Source: Ylistrum balloti
Lineage: Eukaryota
Reading direction: 5' to 3'
DNA: 64,000 bases
Assembly (NCBI RefSeq): GCF_031769215.1
Contig: NW_026782782.1
Location: forward strand, 124,001-188,000
A program made the position numbers and the translations under genes. A model generated the notes under the pieces. The model worked only from the letters and a program-made list of their open reading frames with translations. It had not been told where the DNA came from and ran no database searches. This document shows, piece after piece, positions 48,501-62,773 of the stretch. Each line of letters starts with the position of its first letter. The first letter of the stretch is position 1.

Positions 48501-51500
48501 TGATAACAAGTTTTCATGTTTTTTTTTTGGGGTTTCTTTTTCGGAAGCCGAATTGACTATAATACATTGTAACTATTTTTTTTTCTATAATCTAATTACC
48601 GCCTCATCACACTATTTTCGACCTTAGTGTATATAGTATTGTGGTACGTCCGTACACTACGTACGTCAGCGTTAATATGTGTCTTTTGTCTGATGAAGGT
48701 AACCGTGTTGTCTTTTTTGTTTTATTTGACCGTGTTGTCATCGAAACGTCACGCTCTAATATTCTTTTCCAATGTTACCATATAAAGGACACTTATAGAA
48801 AAAAATCGCCCACGGCCTAGTCATGGCCAAAGTGTAAACCATTGATGTACCTGTAGTTGTCTGAGATGATGAAAGCTGTCGGTGATGTTAAATAGTTATT
48901 TACTTCATTTAGAGTTCGAACTTTATCAGTAAATAACTGTGGTTTAGAACTGAGATATTCTAAACAAGACACAACAAGATTGTATCATAAAGAACGCATC
49001 AACCTGATGTTGTCATTGTTCACCTTTCGATGTAGAAATAACCTTTTTCTTCCAACTCCCATAGCTTGTTTGTGAAAATGTAAGTGTACTTGCTGAAATG
49101 ATTATTTATCGATGAAGGAGAGATAGTCAATTTTTCCCCGGGTTTTGACAAAACATGAACGTTATATTTGAATTATTTTAAATGTACAAAAGTCCTGCGT
49201 TTGGTACTTTAGATTTTTTTGTGGAAATTACTTCAAACAGCTAAACGGTTTTACAAAAGAGCTACCCACAAGTGTATAGAATCTCGATAGGTTAATTTAC
49301 AATTTATAATTAGATTTTTTAAACGTCGTTTTAAATGATGTCAAATGAAAGGATTGTTCAGAGTAAACCAATTGTAAACTATTATTTGAGTAAAATCATA
49401 GGAAATGACGAATAAGTAATTAAATTACATTCTTAAGTTGTCTTGGCTTTCTAACGCCTGGGGCGAAAAGTGTAGCTATTCAAAATAGGTGTAGGATTCT
49501 ACCAAAAAGAAGGAGATGGGGGACTAAATGTATTGACCACATAATTCAATTAATTCAAAGAATTTACACACACACAAACAGAAAAATTCCCCATCAGAAT
49601 ACTTAAGACACTAAACTTGTAGTGACGAACAAGCAACTTTAAAAGGAATTTAGAATTCGACATTCCAATAAAGTCTGTTACTACTTGAAAAAACACATAT
49701 TGTAAATATTATTTTGGATAATAAATGTCACAATTTAATGGTAAATAAACCAATATTGAAAGGCCAATGATAAAATAAAAAGGTATTTATATATTTCACA
49801 AGAGAGTCTCTTAGATACAAATTGTTGAATAGAAATAAGGTTTTATCACATAGCTATTCAATACAAGGTCATATTTTAAAATTATGTGAAAATATATTGA
49901 CATTGACATAAAAATTTTACAGTAATAAGCGATAATGAACTATTGGTGACGTTACACGGTACTAAAGTGTTCATTCCTACTATTCATATAATGTGCTCGA
50001 GTTTCGTGATTTTCCATTGAATTAAAACTATTTGGCCTATATCGCCGTCGTTATTTACCTGACCCATTTAAGTAAGATTATTAAAGCATCATATCGTAAA
50101 TATCGTTAACCATCACCGAAACTAATGTTGTACATATCTAATATAGGAAATGTACTTGCAAATTGCTGAAACCTATAAAAGTGTAGTATGGATTGTATTG
50201 TTTATATAAAAAAACAATGTACACGACATGGACAGGTGCGTGACCAAACATTATCATGCCTCCGAAGATTAAAAATCACAATGAAATAACTCTCCAGTAA
50301 TGTGAATGTGTTTAGCAATAATGATCATACCAAACCCTACTTATATGAATCATGTCGCTATTTCATTTCATCTGAGAAAGATGTTATTTAAAAAAAATCA
50401 GATATACCTATGTACACATCCTTCGTCAGGAAACCATGTCATGACGTAAATTCCAGTAAATCTAGTGATAATGCATTCGGGGGTCACAGAGGACAAATAA
50501 TTGGCTATCAACGCTCATCGTTACTACTTTATATAAAAATGTTATACACGGTGAACGTAAACCTTCAAACACATGACATTTCCTATCTCGAAATGCAAAT
50601 ATGTAAATAAATCTTTAGTTATTGTGAAAAAGGGGGACAACACAAGTAAATAGCACCTTTCAAAACAAATTAGGAATCCTATTTACCACAGAATGTTAAT
50701 TCCGACCATTTCATGCTGGTTGGCACGACAGAAGTAACCCCGCGTTATCGCGTTGGCGGGGTAGTTGTGTCGCCACCATCATAGAACCAAATAATTAAAT
50801 ATTACAAAATGATTCAAATGTGTTGGCTTTATCACGGAAATCAATGGAGTATACTTGGAAAATTCATACCGTTGAGTGGTAAATCGTTGCAAGCTTAAAG
50901 ATCAGAATTAGGGTTTGAAAAAATACAACCTTTTCTAAAGTGTCAACACACTGAAATGTCATAACCGGAACACTGTAGAATGACACTCCTGACAATCACA
51001 TTATAGTGGCTAAACCATTCTTCAGTAGAAGGTACCTAGGTCTGTTACATGACAGGGTAGTTCTACAGCTTTCTTTATTAGTGATTTGTTTATGTATATA
51101 TATCGAATAGTTATGTAGGTCATTCTACTAAGGAATGCTGGGAACCCTTTGGCAAATATGATTTATCGCAGCTGCCCCTAGATGTGAGATAAAGCCAGGG
51201 TTGGCTGGTTAGGTGGTCCCCCTTGGCTTGGTCAGTTTCTAGGTAAGATGTACATTTGATATTTAGTTCCGTGTCTCATAAAATCTGCATGTCATTCATT
51301 CTATCTTTTTCGCTTCGGTTTCATTACCTGAGTGTTAACGGACACTGGCATATAAAACATTTTTGTATTGAGGTCTGCATATATAAAAATAAAATTTCCG
51401 GGTAGTCTGTGCTAAAAATAGATGCTATTTAAAGAACATCTGTTCCATTATTTGGGTTTTATGTACATTTCACATTGTGTTTCATCTCCGAGCATTCCTA

Positions 51501-51780
51501 TCACGATGAAATAGCCCTTGACAATTGCTCTTATTTCTCCAATTACGAATTCCTCGGAACACTTTTATACATGTATGCAAGAAACACGAGCTTGAATTGT
51601 ATTTTAACAGAGTTCTTCTCCTGTGTTGATATATTTTACCCGATTAATTAAATCTGCCTGATTATTCTAATTCATTTTGACTTTGGGACATTAGAGTATA
51701 GCATGACTTACCTTTTTATGTTCCCCGTCAATATTTGATTATGGAATCAATCAGTTTTTACGTATCCAGTGTCTACATTT

Positions 51781-51866
51781 TTTGTGTCTCCTGTCAGTAT
51801 TTTGGTGTCTCCTGTCAGTATTTTGGTGTCTCCTGTCAACATTTTGGTGTCTCCTGTCAGTATTTT
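51781..51866. repeat. 21-bp tandem repeat (4 units plus degenerate copies to ~52005)
   Basis: Unit ttttggtgtctcctgtcagta. Confidence 0.85.
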
Positions 51867-54312
51867 AATACTGCATCGCTCACTGTTTTGTTGTCTCGTC
51901 AACATTTCGGTATCACCTGTCAGCATTAAAATCTGACATCACTAAAATTTTGTCGTGCCCAGTCATCATTTTGGTGCCTCCTGTCAACATTAAAATTTGG
52001 CATCACTAACTTTTTATGGTGCTTCTACGTAGGGTACCTACTTACATTTTCTTCCCTGTTACTATAACTTTGACAATGAACCAATAACGAGCATTGTTTA
52101 TTTTGATTCACAAAATCAATATGTTTTGTATATGGCGATGTAAAACGTTGCCTTTGTCTGGTGTATACTGGACTTTATCTAGTCAACATGCTACAGAATG
52201 TCCAGCCTTCTAGGATGGACCAGGCCTAATATATGCAGTTGAAATGTCACTAGCCCAGACCCAATGTCATTGTATTGTATTTACCACTTCTGGTTATCTA
52301 TGTGTATGTGTCACAACATCCATACTCCATAATACAATGTTTTATATGTCATTATGGCATGCATGTCACAATAAGATGACGTCATGAAGGGAATCCCTGG
52401 AAAAGTCCGTGCCTATTTATTTATTTCATTAGGAAGGGATTCCCAGTAAATAACACCCGTCTATTGTTGTCACGTCATTTAGATTCGTGCCCTTTTTAAG
52501 TGTTTTGTGGACAGACTTGTACCGGCCCTAGGGGTTATAACTGATCACACTTACTGCGATATAATAGGACATTGTTGAGTACAATTCTATACACGTGTTG
52601 TTAGCTTAATGCAATCGATTGCGAATAAACATACAATCAGTTTGGGGGGGAAAAACTCCAAAGTAGCTTAGTTATCCATACTCTATTACTGGAGCAAATG
52701 CCAAGATCACGTGTGGCATTCAAGCGTTTTTTGATAGTCAGCATCAATATCCCCAAAAGGCTTGTAACCCTGTAACCTGTACCGATGTAATTATACATGA
52801 AAATGATATTCTATCTTGAAATTCAAGAAAAATGTTAATTATACAAACTACTCATCACACTATCAACCTCAAACTGCTCTGTCTATTGACCCGGAATATA
52901 GGGAAGATAAAAACCCCGGTGTTGCTGTCTTATATAAACCTGTAACTGTCATAGCCAACACATAACGATCAGTACATTGACGGGTATACATCATACAATG
53001 GATTTCGTTACCAGTACAGTTTCATCGGTTAGTACTTGTATCACATTTCTTCAGATTCTATAAATTATAAGGAATATTTATGTTCGCCATTTTCTTATTT
53101 CCATCCAAATTATTTGAAAACAAAATAGATCGATAAATTACGTCAAAATATCAATCAAAGACGAAAAAAATTTAAATTCCAAAACAGGTTCGATAGACTT
53201 TGATGCGAGTTTTTAAAGAGAATAATATTGAAAACCGAAATGTTTGTTAATTAAGTTTATATAAGAAAGAATCGAAGTGGACCAACATTGGCGTGTCCTT
53301 ATTCGGCACAACATATATAGCCAAACCATGTATCTTTTGGTTATCTAAGAGACTTTTCACCACATACTATTCGCAATTTAAGTATTTGATGCAAACAATC
53401 ATATTTTCTAAAGGGATTTTTTTGTGGCCAACGTGATGGTAATGCATAAATCAAAAGAACAAAAGTTGACATAACATAGATAAAACCATTACTTTTCCTT
53501 TTACAGGTCATATTTCACCTTTGAGCATTATCGATACTAAAGTTTTATTATTTTTGTTCAAATATTGATGTAAAAAGTTCGAAAAAGAGTGTACTTTTGT
53601 TTATTCAAGCATATCTGCGAACATCGTAAATGTTCATTTAATATGCCCGTGAACACTATAGTCACTACTAGTATCAAATTTACGAGAAATAATGGAGTAT
53701 ACAAGTGACAGGTCGACAACAGAATCTGTAAAACGAATATGGTTTTGTACCCTGTGATAAGATGTCGTACCGTGTGGTGAGCAATCAAGTTTAACATTTA
53801 GCATTTAAACTTCAATGAATGAGAGGTAGAGCGGCTTATTGTGGAGATATCTATAGGAACAGGTATAGATACTCTCCTTAATATGCAGTTCTATTTCATC
53901 GTTTGACACTTGTCAGAAAGCAACAAGTTTTCTGACTAACAAAAGCAAAGGAGAGAACTGCATGCCAACAGAACCATCCATGGTAAGTTAATACAAATTA
54001 GTTAAAATTGCAGCCTTTTGTTGCCTGTACATTTGAACAACATGGAAGCCGATGCATTTGTGCAAATTTTGCGACACGTTTTAAGACATTCATAATGAGA
54101 CAATCATTCTAATGTCGAGTGTCAAGAAGAATTTGTGTAGATATTGATTTCCACAAATGGTATTGCAGTCAGTCAGTTGTTATTCTAACCAATCTGTGTG
54201 TTTATCTTTAATTTCAGACATTATCGATTTATCTCGGTTTTTATCTTCACAGAATTTCACCGTTACGACGCTAACTACATCATTTCCTGTCTGTTACCCT
54301 GATTATCCGGCA

Positions 54313-57300
54313 ATGGACTGGCTGTACCTCGTGAACGGACTGGTCGCACTTGTTGCCGTGATTTGTTTCTACATGATCTTGTCAGGCGACAGCGATATAT
54401 TACTTCAACTAAAGGAAAGATTCGGAAAATCTCCAGGTACGTGTTTTAGTTAGAATGTCATTATAATTGCTACATGTTTATTCTCCTTTGTCTCCTGTGG
54501 TTAGAGTAACAGGCCAGAATACACCTTATCATGCGTGATGTTTTCAAATGATATTTCCTTCCTTTATCGTGAAAATGACATCGTAAACATATAAGTATCA
54601 ATAAATGAAATGACTCTGGACAAACTCCTCACGTATCTATTATGTTTTGTATTTAGAATGTTTGGCTGAAAAAGTGGTTTGGATCACTGGAGCCTCCAGT
54701 GGGATCGGAGAAGCTCTTGCTTATGAACTTGCACGTGCACGATGTCGTCTGGTGTTATCTGCAAGGCGGGAAAATGAGCTTGAACGTGTGAAAAAAGAAT
54801 GCATCCGTAAGCTTTTTCTACATAACATTTCCATCAAAATTTATCTCCATTCTTTATCAGTCTATTGCCAGTACAGCGTAATTAGGAAATTGGTGTGTTA
54901 TTTCAGGACCAATACCAAATAAACTCTTTTCATTTGCAATATACTTTATAGTGAATCAATGTTTTCTAAGAAAGTTAGTACCATTACATTTTATCATTCT
55001 AGGCATTGGTGGTCTCAGTCAAGACGATGTTTTAGTATTAAAACTTGACATAAAGGCATATTCGGACCACGAACCTGCTGTTCAACAAGTCTTAAAGACG
55101 TTTCAAAAGGTATGTATTGTCGTGTTATGTACACCATATCATAGTAATCACCACGCATGACGTATCCGGTGAAGTTTTACACAACGGAGATACTAGTATT
55201 AATAATGGTAATTGTGGTCAGTTTTATCTGCACTAAATTTTAACACATCGTACGGTAGGTTCCTAGTGCTAAACCTGTGTGTCTACGATTAAGAAAACGT
55301 AGTGTCATCACAGACATCCTATCGGGCCATGATGTAAAATGGACCTTTTTACTAAATATGAAAAATATTTTCATAAACAATTACATTTCATTTCATCATT
55401 TGTGAGAGTGGGGTTTTACTTCATTAGCAGAACGCAATAATAAATTTAACAATTTTACTTGAGACTTGCATATACAAATGTAAATTTTTAAAATACATTC
55501 CATTACAACAGATAGATATATTGGTCAACAACGCTGGACGCACTAACAAAGGCGAGTGGACAACTACCTGCCTGGCTGTTGACCTGGAGCTGCTGGCTGT
55601 CAACGTTTTAGGGCCGGTATCCCTAACACGAGCCGTACTCCCTCATATGATGTCTAGGAACCAAGGCCACATTGTGGTAACCAGTAGTGTGGCTGGCAAA
55701 CTAGGTATGTTTTCTGAATTAAAACACAAATCTTGGTTACCTGTGGTGTGACTGGTAAACTAAGCGCCATTTCTGTCCTAAATCACGGGACCACATCGTC
55801 GTCACCTTACGTGGTAAGATGTATAAAACATTTTGGGTGTCAGTTGTGGATAGTAAAGTGGCTACATGGAGACGGTCATCGATGAAGCAGAAGACTTTTT
55901 TTCCGGAACATGTTGTCTTATTCTCTTTAAGCTTTTTAAAGACTATCCCTGTAATCTCTTCTTTGTTCACACTATGTCTTAGTTTCGTCGAATTTGAGTT
56001 CTAATGAAGATTGTGTTGATGTCGCATTGAATATTGCTGTGGCAGGTAAACTATGTAAGTTGTGTAGGACATTGCACTACAAGTATTTAAACCGGTTAGC
56101 TAAGTAAGCTTCTAAAACACACCGTATTTACCATTATTGCGACAGATAAACTATTTTAGTTTTCTGAACCAGAATTTAATAATATCACACACCATGTGGT
56201 AGTTAAACTAGGTAATCTGTCTGTGTGAGGTTAACTAGGTGGGACGTCAGTGGTAGTGTATCTACAAGCATTGTGCTGATAACATAAGACGAATATGTTA
56301 TTCAACATAGACATGCATAGTTATATTTAGACGAAAAGTAAGATATAGTACACTCTGCAAGCAGGATCTTTTTGCACTCATCCTTCACATTGCCTCTTTG
56401 ACCTTTTCAATTCGTAAAAAATGATGCTGATATACGTACTGGTGTCGTCTTAATGACTCCTATAAACTTAAATTTTAAGCGCTTATTACCGTCTGATTCA
56501 CCTGCTACCTGTATATGTGTATATATTTCATAGTGTATATATTTTGTTTGTATTACGTATATAGCTCGTGTTTATCTTGATCGTGTGACGCTAGGTACTC
56601 CTCCATACAAGTGCATGACGTATTTATATACTTATATAACTATATACAATTTATCCTATATTTAAACCCACTATTTTCATGAAGTGTCTGATGACATGTT
56701 TGTAATTAGGTGTCTGATGCTTGCAGGTGCAGCATTGTATGCTGGCTCATATTTTGGATCAAAACACGCACTTCAGGTAAAATATACGTCATTACTTTTA
56801 CATGCATTACTTGTTCCATTAAATATTAATTTGCTTTTATTAGCTATGTAGTGATATTGATGTGAGGTCAATGTACGTTTGATGCAGGGTAATAAAATGT
56901 TAGATGGTAAAGCTCTTATTGAATATATTCACTTTAATCACCTTATCTTTAAACTATCTATTGCGCAAGCGTAGTCAAAATACAGCAGAACATTAAAGAT
57001 CCCCTTAAAGATTGACCTCTTGGGTATATGACTGTACAAATTCCCAATCTGGTGATAACAGGTTCTCAACAGGACACCCATACCATTATCAATCAATATA
57101 GTTACTCTGAGTTACGCGACAAACACTACATTATGACCGCCTACTAAGAACAAAGCCTTATCCATAAAAAATTCTGCACATGATTAGATTCTTTTGTCTA
57201 CAATATATATATTTAGGGATTATAGAATCATCTTTGTATATTTCCTCGCCATATATGAAACCCTTAGGACCTCCAATTAAAAGGCTAAATACGATACTTT

Positions 57301-58304
57301 ATGGTATGCTTTAATTTAGTAAAGGAATTTTAAGAAAAAGGAACAAAGGCGTAGTATTAAAATATCACTTGCAAATTATATTTGTGACAAAATGTATGTG
57401 ACTGTGTAATGTCTGTCTTCTCTGTGATTTGTTAATGCTCAGCCATGTTATATTCATTAGGGCTGGTTTGATTCTCTAAGACCAGAAGTATATAGTAAGA
57501 ATATAGCCGTCACTTCCGTTTGCCCAGGACCTATCTATACCAACCTATTACAGGATGCATTAAAAGAAAAAGAAGGGGAGGTAAGTGATTACACAGTATC
57601 GATACCACTGTAGAAGATTGATGTCTAATATTTCTTCGATGATCATTGTAACATATCAACGCATCTTCAGTATTTTATAAATTGTTACATTTCCAACTAT
57701 TGTAACACGAGCACACAAAAACATGTATATATAATCAGGTAGTAGAAATTAAAAGTTTCAGATTAGAGTGATCTGCTATTCATTATAGAAGATAGTTGTC
57801 TGATTCAAATCTTTATGTCTTTATAAAGGTTTTACAAGGTAGAATGGATCCTAATAAAAATCGGATGTCCTCGGCGAGATGTGCTCGATTGATGTCTGTG
57901 GCCATTGCAAATCGTTGCGATGAAGTATGGATCTCGACAACTTCTGGTCTAGTCTCCCTTTATCTAAACCAGTATTTCCCTGGCGTTTTCAAATGGTAAG
58001 TAGCAATACAACTTTTCTCCTCATAATTGATATCAAGGTGATAATTCTATTGAATCATATACGTAATCACTAACCAGGTCAATACTTTTTATAAAAAGAC
58101 TAATCACTGTAATTTAGGATAATAGATGAGAATGCATATGAATTTTGCTTAATAAGAAGTATCAATTCTCTTCCATAAACTTATTCAGTAGCTAATTGTT
58201 TCTGTTATTTTTACAGGCTCATCAAAATCTTTTCAAATAAATTAATGGCTGATATTGACAATGAATTAAATACAAACGAGGAAAAACAGACCAAAACAAA
58301 CTGA
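54313..58304 (+). CDS. DHRS7: Dehydrogenase/reductase SDR family member 7-like
   Basis: Exons 54313-54436 (hydrophobic N-terminal anchor), 54657-54806 ([23 protein letters not shown]), 55003-55109, 55512-55704 ([20 protein letters not shown]), 56727-56776 (YFGSK, YxxxK), 57461-57580 (CPGP), 57829-57995 (RCARLM..AIAN..DEVWIS), 58217-58304 stop. The N-anchor and RCA..M.VAIAN..EVWI motif fit DHRS7. Confidence 0.85.
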
Positions 58305-58581
58305 AGAAACATATAGTGACAAACATGACGAATACTAAACGAGAGAATGAAAAAAATCCATCAATGTGTAATTTCGCGCTGTTAATTCATAATGTTTTAA
58401 GCATTCCGATCACAGGTATCGGTAGTTTTCCTCAGCTTCATTAGCAATTGAGCAGTATTTTTGCCTAGCGAATGTTTGTCCAGACACTCAGGAATATTTA
58501 TTCAGCCTAGAAACCGGTGATAATTGCGTCGAATAATCATACAGAACTCATAGGAAATTCTAATCAATGACAAATTATCAA

Positions 58582-58660
58582 AGAGAGAGAGAGACAGAGA
58601 GAGACACACAGAGAGAGAGACACGGAGAGAGAGAGAGAGAGAGAGTAAGAGAGAGAGAGG
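58582..58660. repeat. (GA)n-rich microsatellite
   Basis: Interrupted gagaga run downstream of the DHRS7 stop. Confidence 0.9.
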
Positions 58661-59643
58661 TGTAAAGTTTGCTACGAATCCTTTCACAATGAATCTGATC
58701 GATAATTTAGTTATTGTGACGTTAGATTAAACTGCTTTGTAATCATCCGCCTGTCATGATACCCAGTCCTGAATCTACAGTATTTGCGGTTGATTATTCA
58801 GTTGCCTTTCAAGTGGTTGTGATATTGTGTGTGAGAGTATGTGTGTGTATATATAGAAATGTGAATGTGTTTAATGTGTATTATATGTGCGTCGAGAGAT
58901 TCATAATTTGTGAATGATTTGCATTTATTTATATAAACCTGAATCTGTTTGCTACGGTAAATGTTCGCTTGATCCTTTGTATGCAGAATGATCGGAACTA
59001 AAGTTGTGAGTACTTAAGTGTTGTATGATATAATTAAACACACGGTTGACTGTATTGTTCCAAGCTTAAACAAATTTCTTTTGTCTTTAAATCTAACAGT
59101 AAGATGAGCTTTTACATGTATTATTTTTGTTGTTAAATTGTTATTATTATATTAATTGCTATACCGTTGCGTTTATCATTTACTAATTTTACACTGTTAA
59201 TAAACGTTAAATGATAAAGTATGTCATATCTCCATGCATGTCATTTGTGAATCCGTTCTTGTGTATATGTATCAGTAACGCCCCACCCCCATCCAACAAA
59301 CCCTAAACCCTCTCCTCCTAAACCCCACAGTTGGTACAACATAAAACAAACACAATATGCATTCCATTTTTATCTCTCTTTTTGTTGGAGAGGGCGCGTT
59401 ACGTGTGATCTATGTCTGTCCTGTCACGTCACGTCCCGAATCAATCTTAAGTGCCTCTCTACTCCGCAGTATCATAACACCAAGTTATACAGCATTATGA
59501 TAGTCATCGGTCATTGTTAAAGGACAAAAAGGTCAAGTATATATATCGTGATATATTAAAATGTTTGTTTTTAGACATATTTCCCAACATCAAGTCAAGA
59601 CACAACAGAAACATATTTCCTGTTTATGAAAAAAATGTTGAAC

Positions 59644-62600
59644 TTAAGTCGGCCAATCCCTGACACCATCTAGATAACTATCATCGCTGAGTCTAACGCC
59701 AGTCCTGTGGCTTGTCGGATCCTTAAATGCCGCTCTGTAAACATTAAGAGGTTGCGGAGGGATGACGGAGGTTCCGACGTCACTCGGCGAGACTGGCGAC
59801 GTCCGACCTATCAGACTACGAGTAGACAATGACGACCCTGGCCGCTTCTGAGGCTGTCGAGTATAGCCTCCCCTGGAAATGAAAAATACCCTGAACTGTA
59901 CAGAAATAATGATTATATGAAAAGCAATATAAATACATATCAATAAAGAGCAATTATAGCACTTTGTTTCGATCGATATGATTATCCAACAGTAACCAAT
60001 ATCGAAACATGTATGTGCATCTAATGGAACTAATGTTTAATCTAATGGAAAGCTTAAGGTCCCCATCGTTTTGATTGTGACTTCACAAATTCGTGACATT
60101 ATTTGCATTTTGACGTAACCAAAGAAGGGACATTGCGAGAGAATGTCCCCATTCTAGGTTTTATATCAGTGTAACTAAGATGTGAAAATAATCTCAAGTC
60201 CCTCCTTAATATTACAATATAAAATCAGTTAAATCTTTCTAACATGATTTTATTCCAAATTACCTGTCATGACACTTGGGCCTGATAAGGTAGTGCCATA
60301 ATGCGGCCATGATAGCTCCAACTGCCGTACCAATGGGAAATCCTATCAATCCAGCTACTAAATCCTCCTTGTCCAGTCCATTTGTCCGAGCCTCGGGAAC
60401 TGGAACTGGAACCTTAACTGGTTTTCCGTCGACGTTACACATACAGTACGATTCTTCTGGAGAGGAGCATCCCTTCGGAAATACACATTTAGGTTTTAAC
60501 AAGTGAATTTAATTTCATTGGAATTAAATATTTGGTACCTTTGAAACGAGAGCAAAATCTGAACAAAAGATAGATTTACACGAAGACCCAAGGAATGTGC
60601 AATGATACTGATTACTGAAAGGCAAGTGTCTTCTACTACATCGACGATACCAATCATAGAAATCGTGGTCAGTCCAAGTACGTGATGTTATGTTCTAATG
60701 ACTAAAACGACTAGGTAAACTATGTTACTAACTCGCACTGCACACGTCCAACTTCGTTTCGCAAACACAAATAAAATATACCAAATGTTATCATTATGAT
60801 TACCATCTTGTAAACCCGTCAGACTGAGAAAGTAATATGTTACTATCCCGAAATGGACAGTTTACAATAAGAAAGTAGAAATCGTACAATTTGATCTAAT
60901 AACTCTTCCAAAGAAAGCACCTATGGTCAAAAACATAAAACACTTTCAATATGTCTTTAATCTCAATGGAAAGGATACAATTTTTCACAATACATTCAAT
61001 TTGCCCCAATTTATTAATTCTTTGTGAATTTGGGAATCATATCCTCTCGACAATGTCTAGTGACAACAAATCATGTATCAAGGTTCTGAGCTTTACCTTG
61101 TTTTGAGGTCTCTCGCAGTTGAGTCCTAGATAATTTCCTGGACAATCACAAGAATAGCTGCTGCCGTGTCTGGTACATGCCCCTCCATTTAAACATGGAT
61201 TAGGATGACAATAGTCGATTTCTAGAAAAAAAATCTATTATTAGCTTCGAACCATTCCAGATCAGGTTTGTCTCTACAAGTTGAACAATGAAGCAGTAGT
61301 AGAAAACAATGAAACACGGATACAACCTTTGACAAAGATATATTAAACACTGGAGGAATCGATGGTTCTGTTAACATCGAAAAAATTACCGTTTTAAAAA
61401 TACCTGTTTGACACGTGGTTCCTGTGTATTTAACCGGACAACGACAAAGAAATCCCCCAACCATGTCTTCGCACGTGCCGCCGTTCTGACAAGGGAGAGA
61501 ACTGCACTCATCTTGTTCTATAATAATTGAAGTCATTTGCTTAGGTACGTCATCTTGTTTATGTAATTGATTGATTGACTATTTAGTTGTCGAGAATGTT
61601 ACTATGTAGAGGTATACCTACCGTATTGGCATGCGTTTCCCATGTATCCACTTAAACAAGTGCAGTTGAAGCCAGCTGGCGAGGACATACACGTGCCAAA
61701 GTTCTGACATGAATTGATTGCACAATTATCAGTATCTGGTAACAATAAAGACATTGCTTTTAATCAAAATCTGAACAAAATATAAGATGGCAAGGCATTG
61801 CACTCATTCTCAAAGCAAATTAATAACACAATCTAATATAAGAATACCATGCATAATAATTACATACCTTGGCACTGCCTTCCAATGAAGCCAGATGGAC
61901 AAAAGCAAACAAATTCCGAAATACGATTCCAACAGGTACCGCCGTTAAGACAAGGATTGCTGGAGCACTCGTCTATATCTGTAAGTAATTCAGGATATAA
62001 TTGGTGAAAATGTCATTCTGAACATCGCTAACTAGATGCGACAAATATTTATATGTGTACTCATAATGATATCACATGTAGTTACAGCAATATATGCGCT
62101 GCTAAACAGTAAATCTTTGACATCAATCATTACTTTGCAACTCTAAACAAGAGCAGAGGAGAGAAAATGAGAGAAAATGAAAATGGATGTAAAAGGAGAG
62201 ATCGTCACATAAACATAAGGCAGCAATAGTATAAACACATAGAATGTTACAGGAAAAGACAAATAGTCGAAGGCAATAACAACCTTGTGAGGTCTTCAAA
62301 GTTATGCAGGTTACCAACATCCAAGCACATACATAATACACATACATTCGCATCTTTCGAAAAACCCTTTCCTTCAATCCATTTTTGGTAAGAGAGATCT
62401 TGATAGATCATATTGATATTGCATGACACTCAAAAGCTGCCTCTCTTATGCAAACATGTCTTTGGAGTTAAATTACTATGACTATTGGGGTGCTAACAGA
62501 GTAGGAATAGACAGACGGACGACCGCAGACAGAAGAACGGACAAAAATAGAGAAAAAAAAACGTAAAATACATTACTCAGATGATGAGGCTATAATCACA

Positions 62601-62773
62601 GACGATTACATACATAATGACAGCCTCGAAGTTCGCCGTCCGCTAGAGACATTGGTTACCTGTGTCACATGTTCTACCCGTGAAACCAGTTGGACAGCTA
62701 CATTTGTACGTGTCCAGATCCAGGGAGCAGGTTCCATTGTTAAGACAAGGTCCACTGTCACATGGATGGACGG
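59644..62773 (-). CDS. Single-pass membrane protein with Notch-type EGF repeats, 3' portion (5' exons outside window)
   Basis: EGF exons 62773-62660, 61978-61868 ([16 protein letters not shown]), 61517-61404 (all phase 1-1), then 61221-61097; Cys-rich exon 60694-60539; exon 60472-60264 with [28 protein letters not shown]; terminal exon 59872-59644 (Ser/Pro-rich tail, stop). The 60473 acceptor is weak. Confidence 0.82.
62420..62605 (+). mobile_element. Non-autonomous interspersed repeat 3' part (HINE-like)
   Basis: gacagacggacgaccgcagacagaagaacggac microsatellite followed by a ctcagatgatgaggctataat terminus. Confidence 0.35.

Noticed and set aside
58502-58687. ORF with LSLSLSL repeats
   Set aside because: Translation of a GA microsatellite.
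59644-62773. Calling the EGF gene Notch, Delta or Crumbs
   Set aside because: No LNR, ankyrin, DSL or ERLI motif is visible, and the 5' part lies outside the window.
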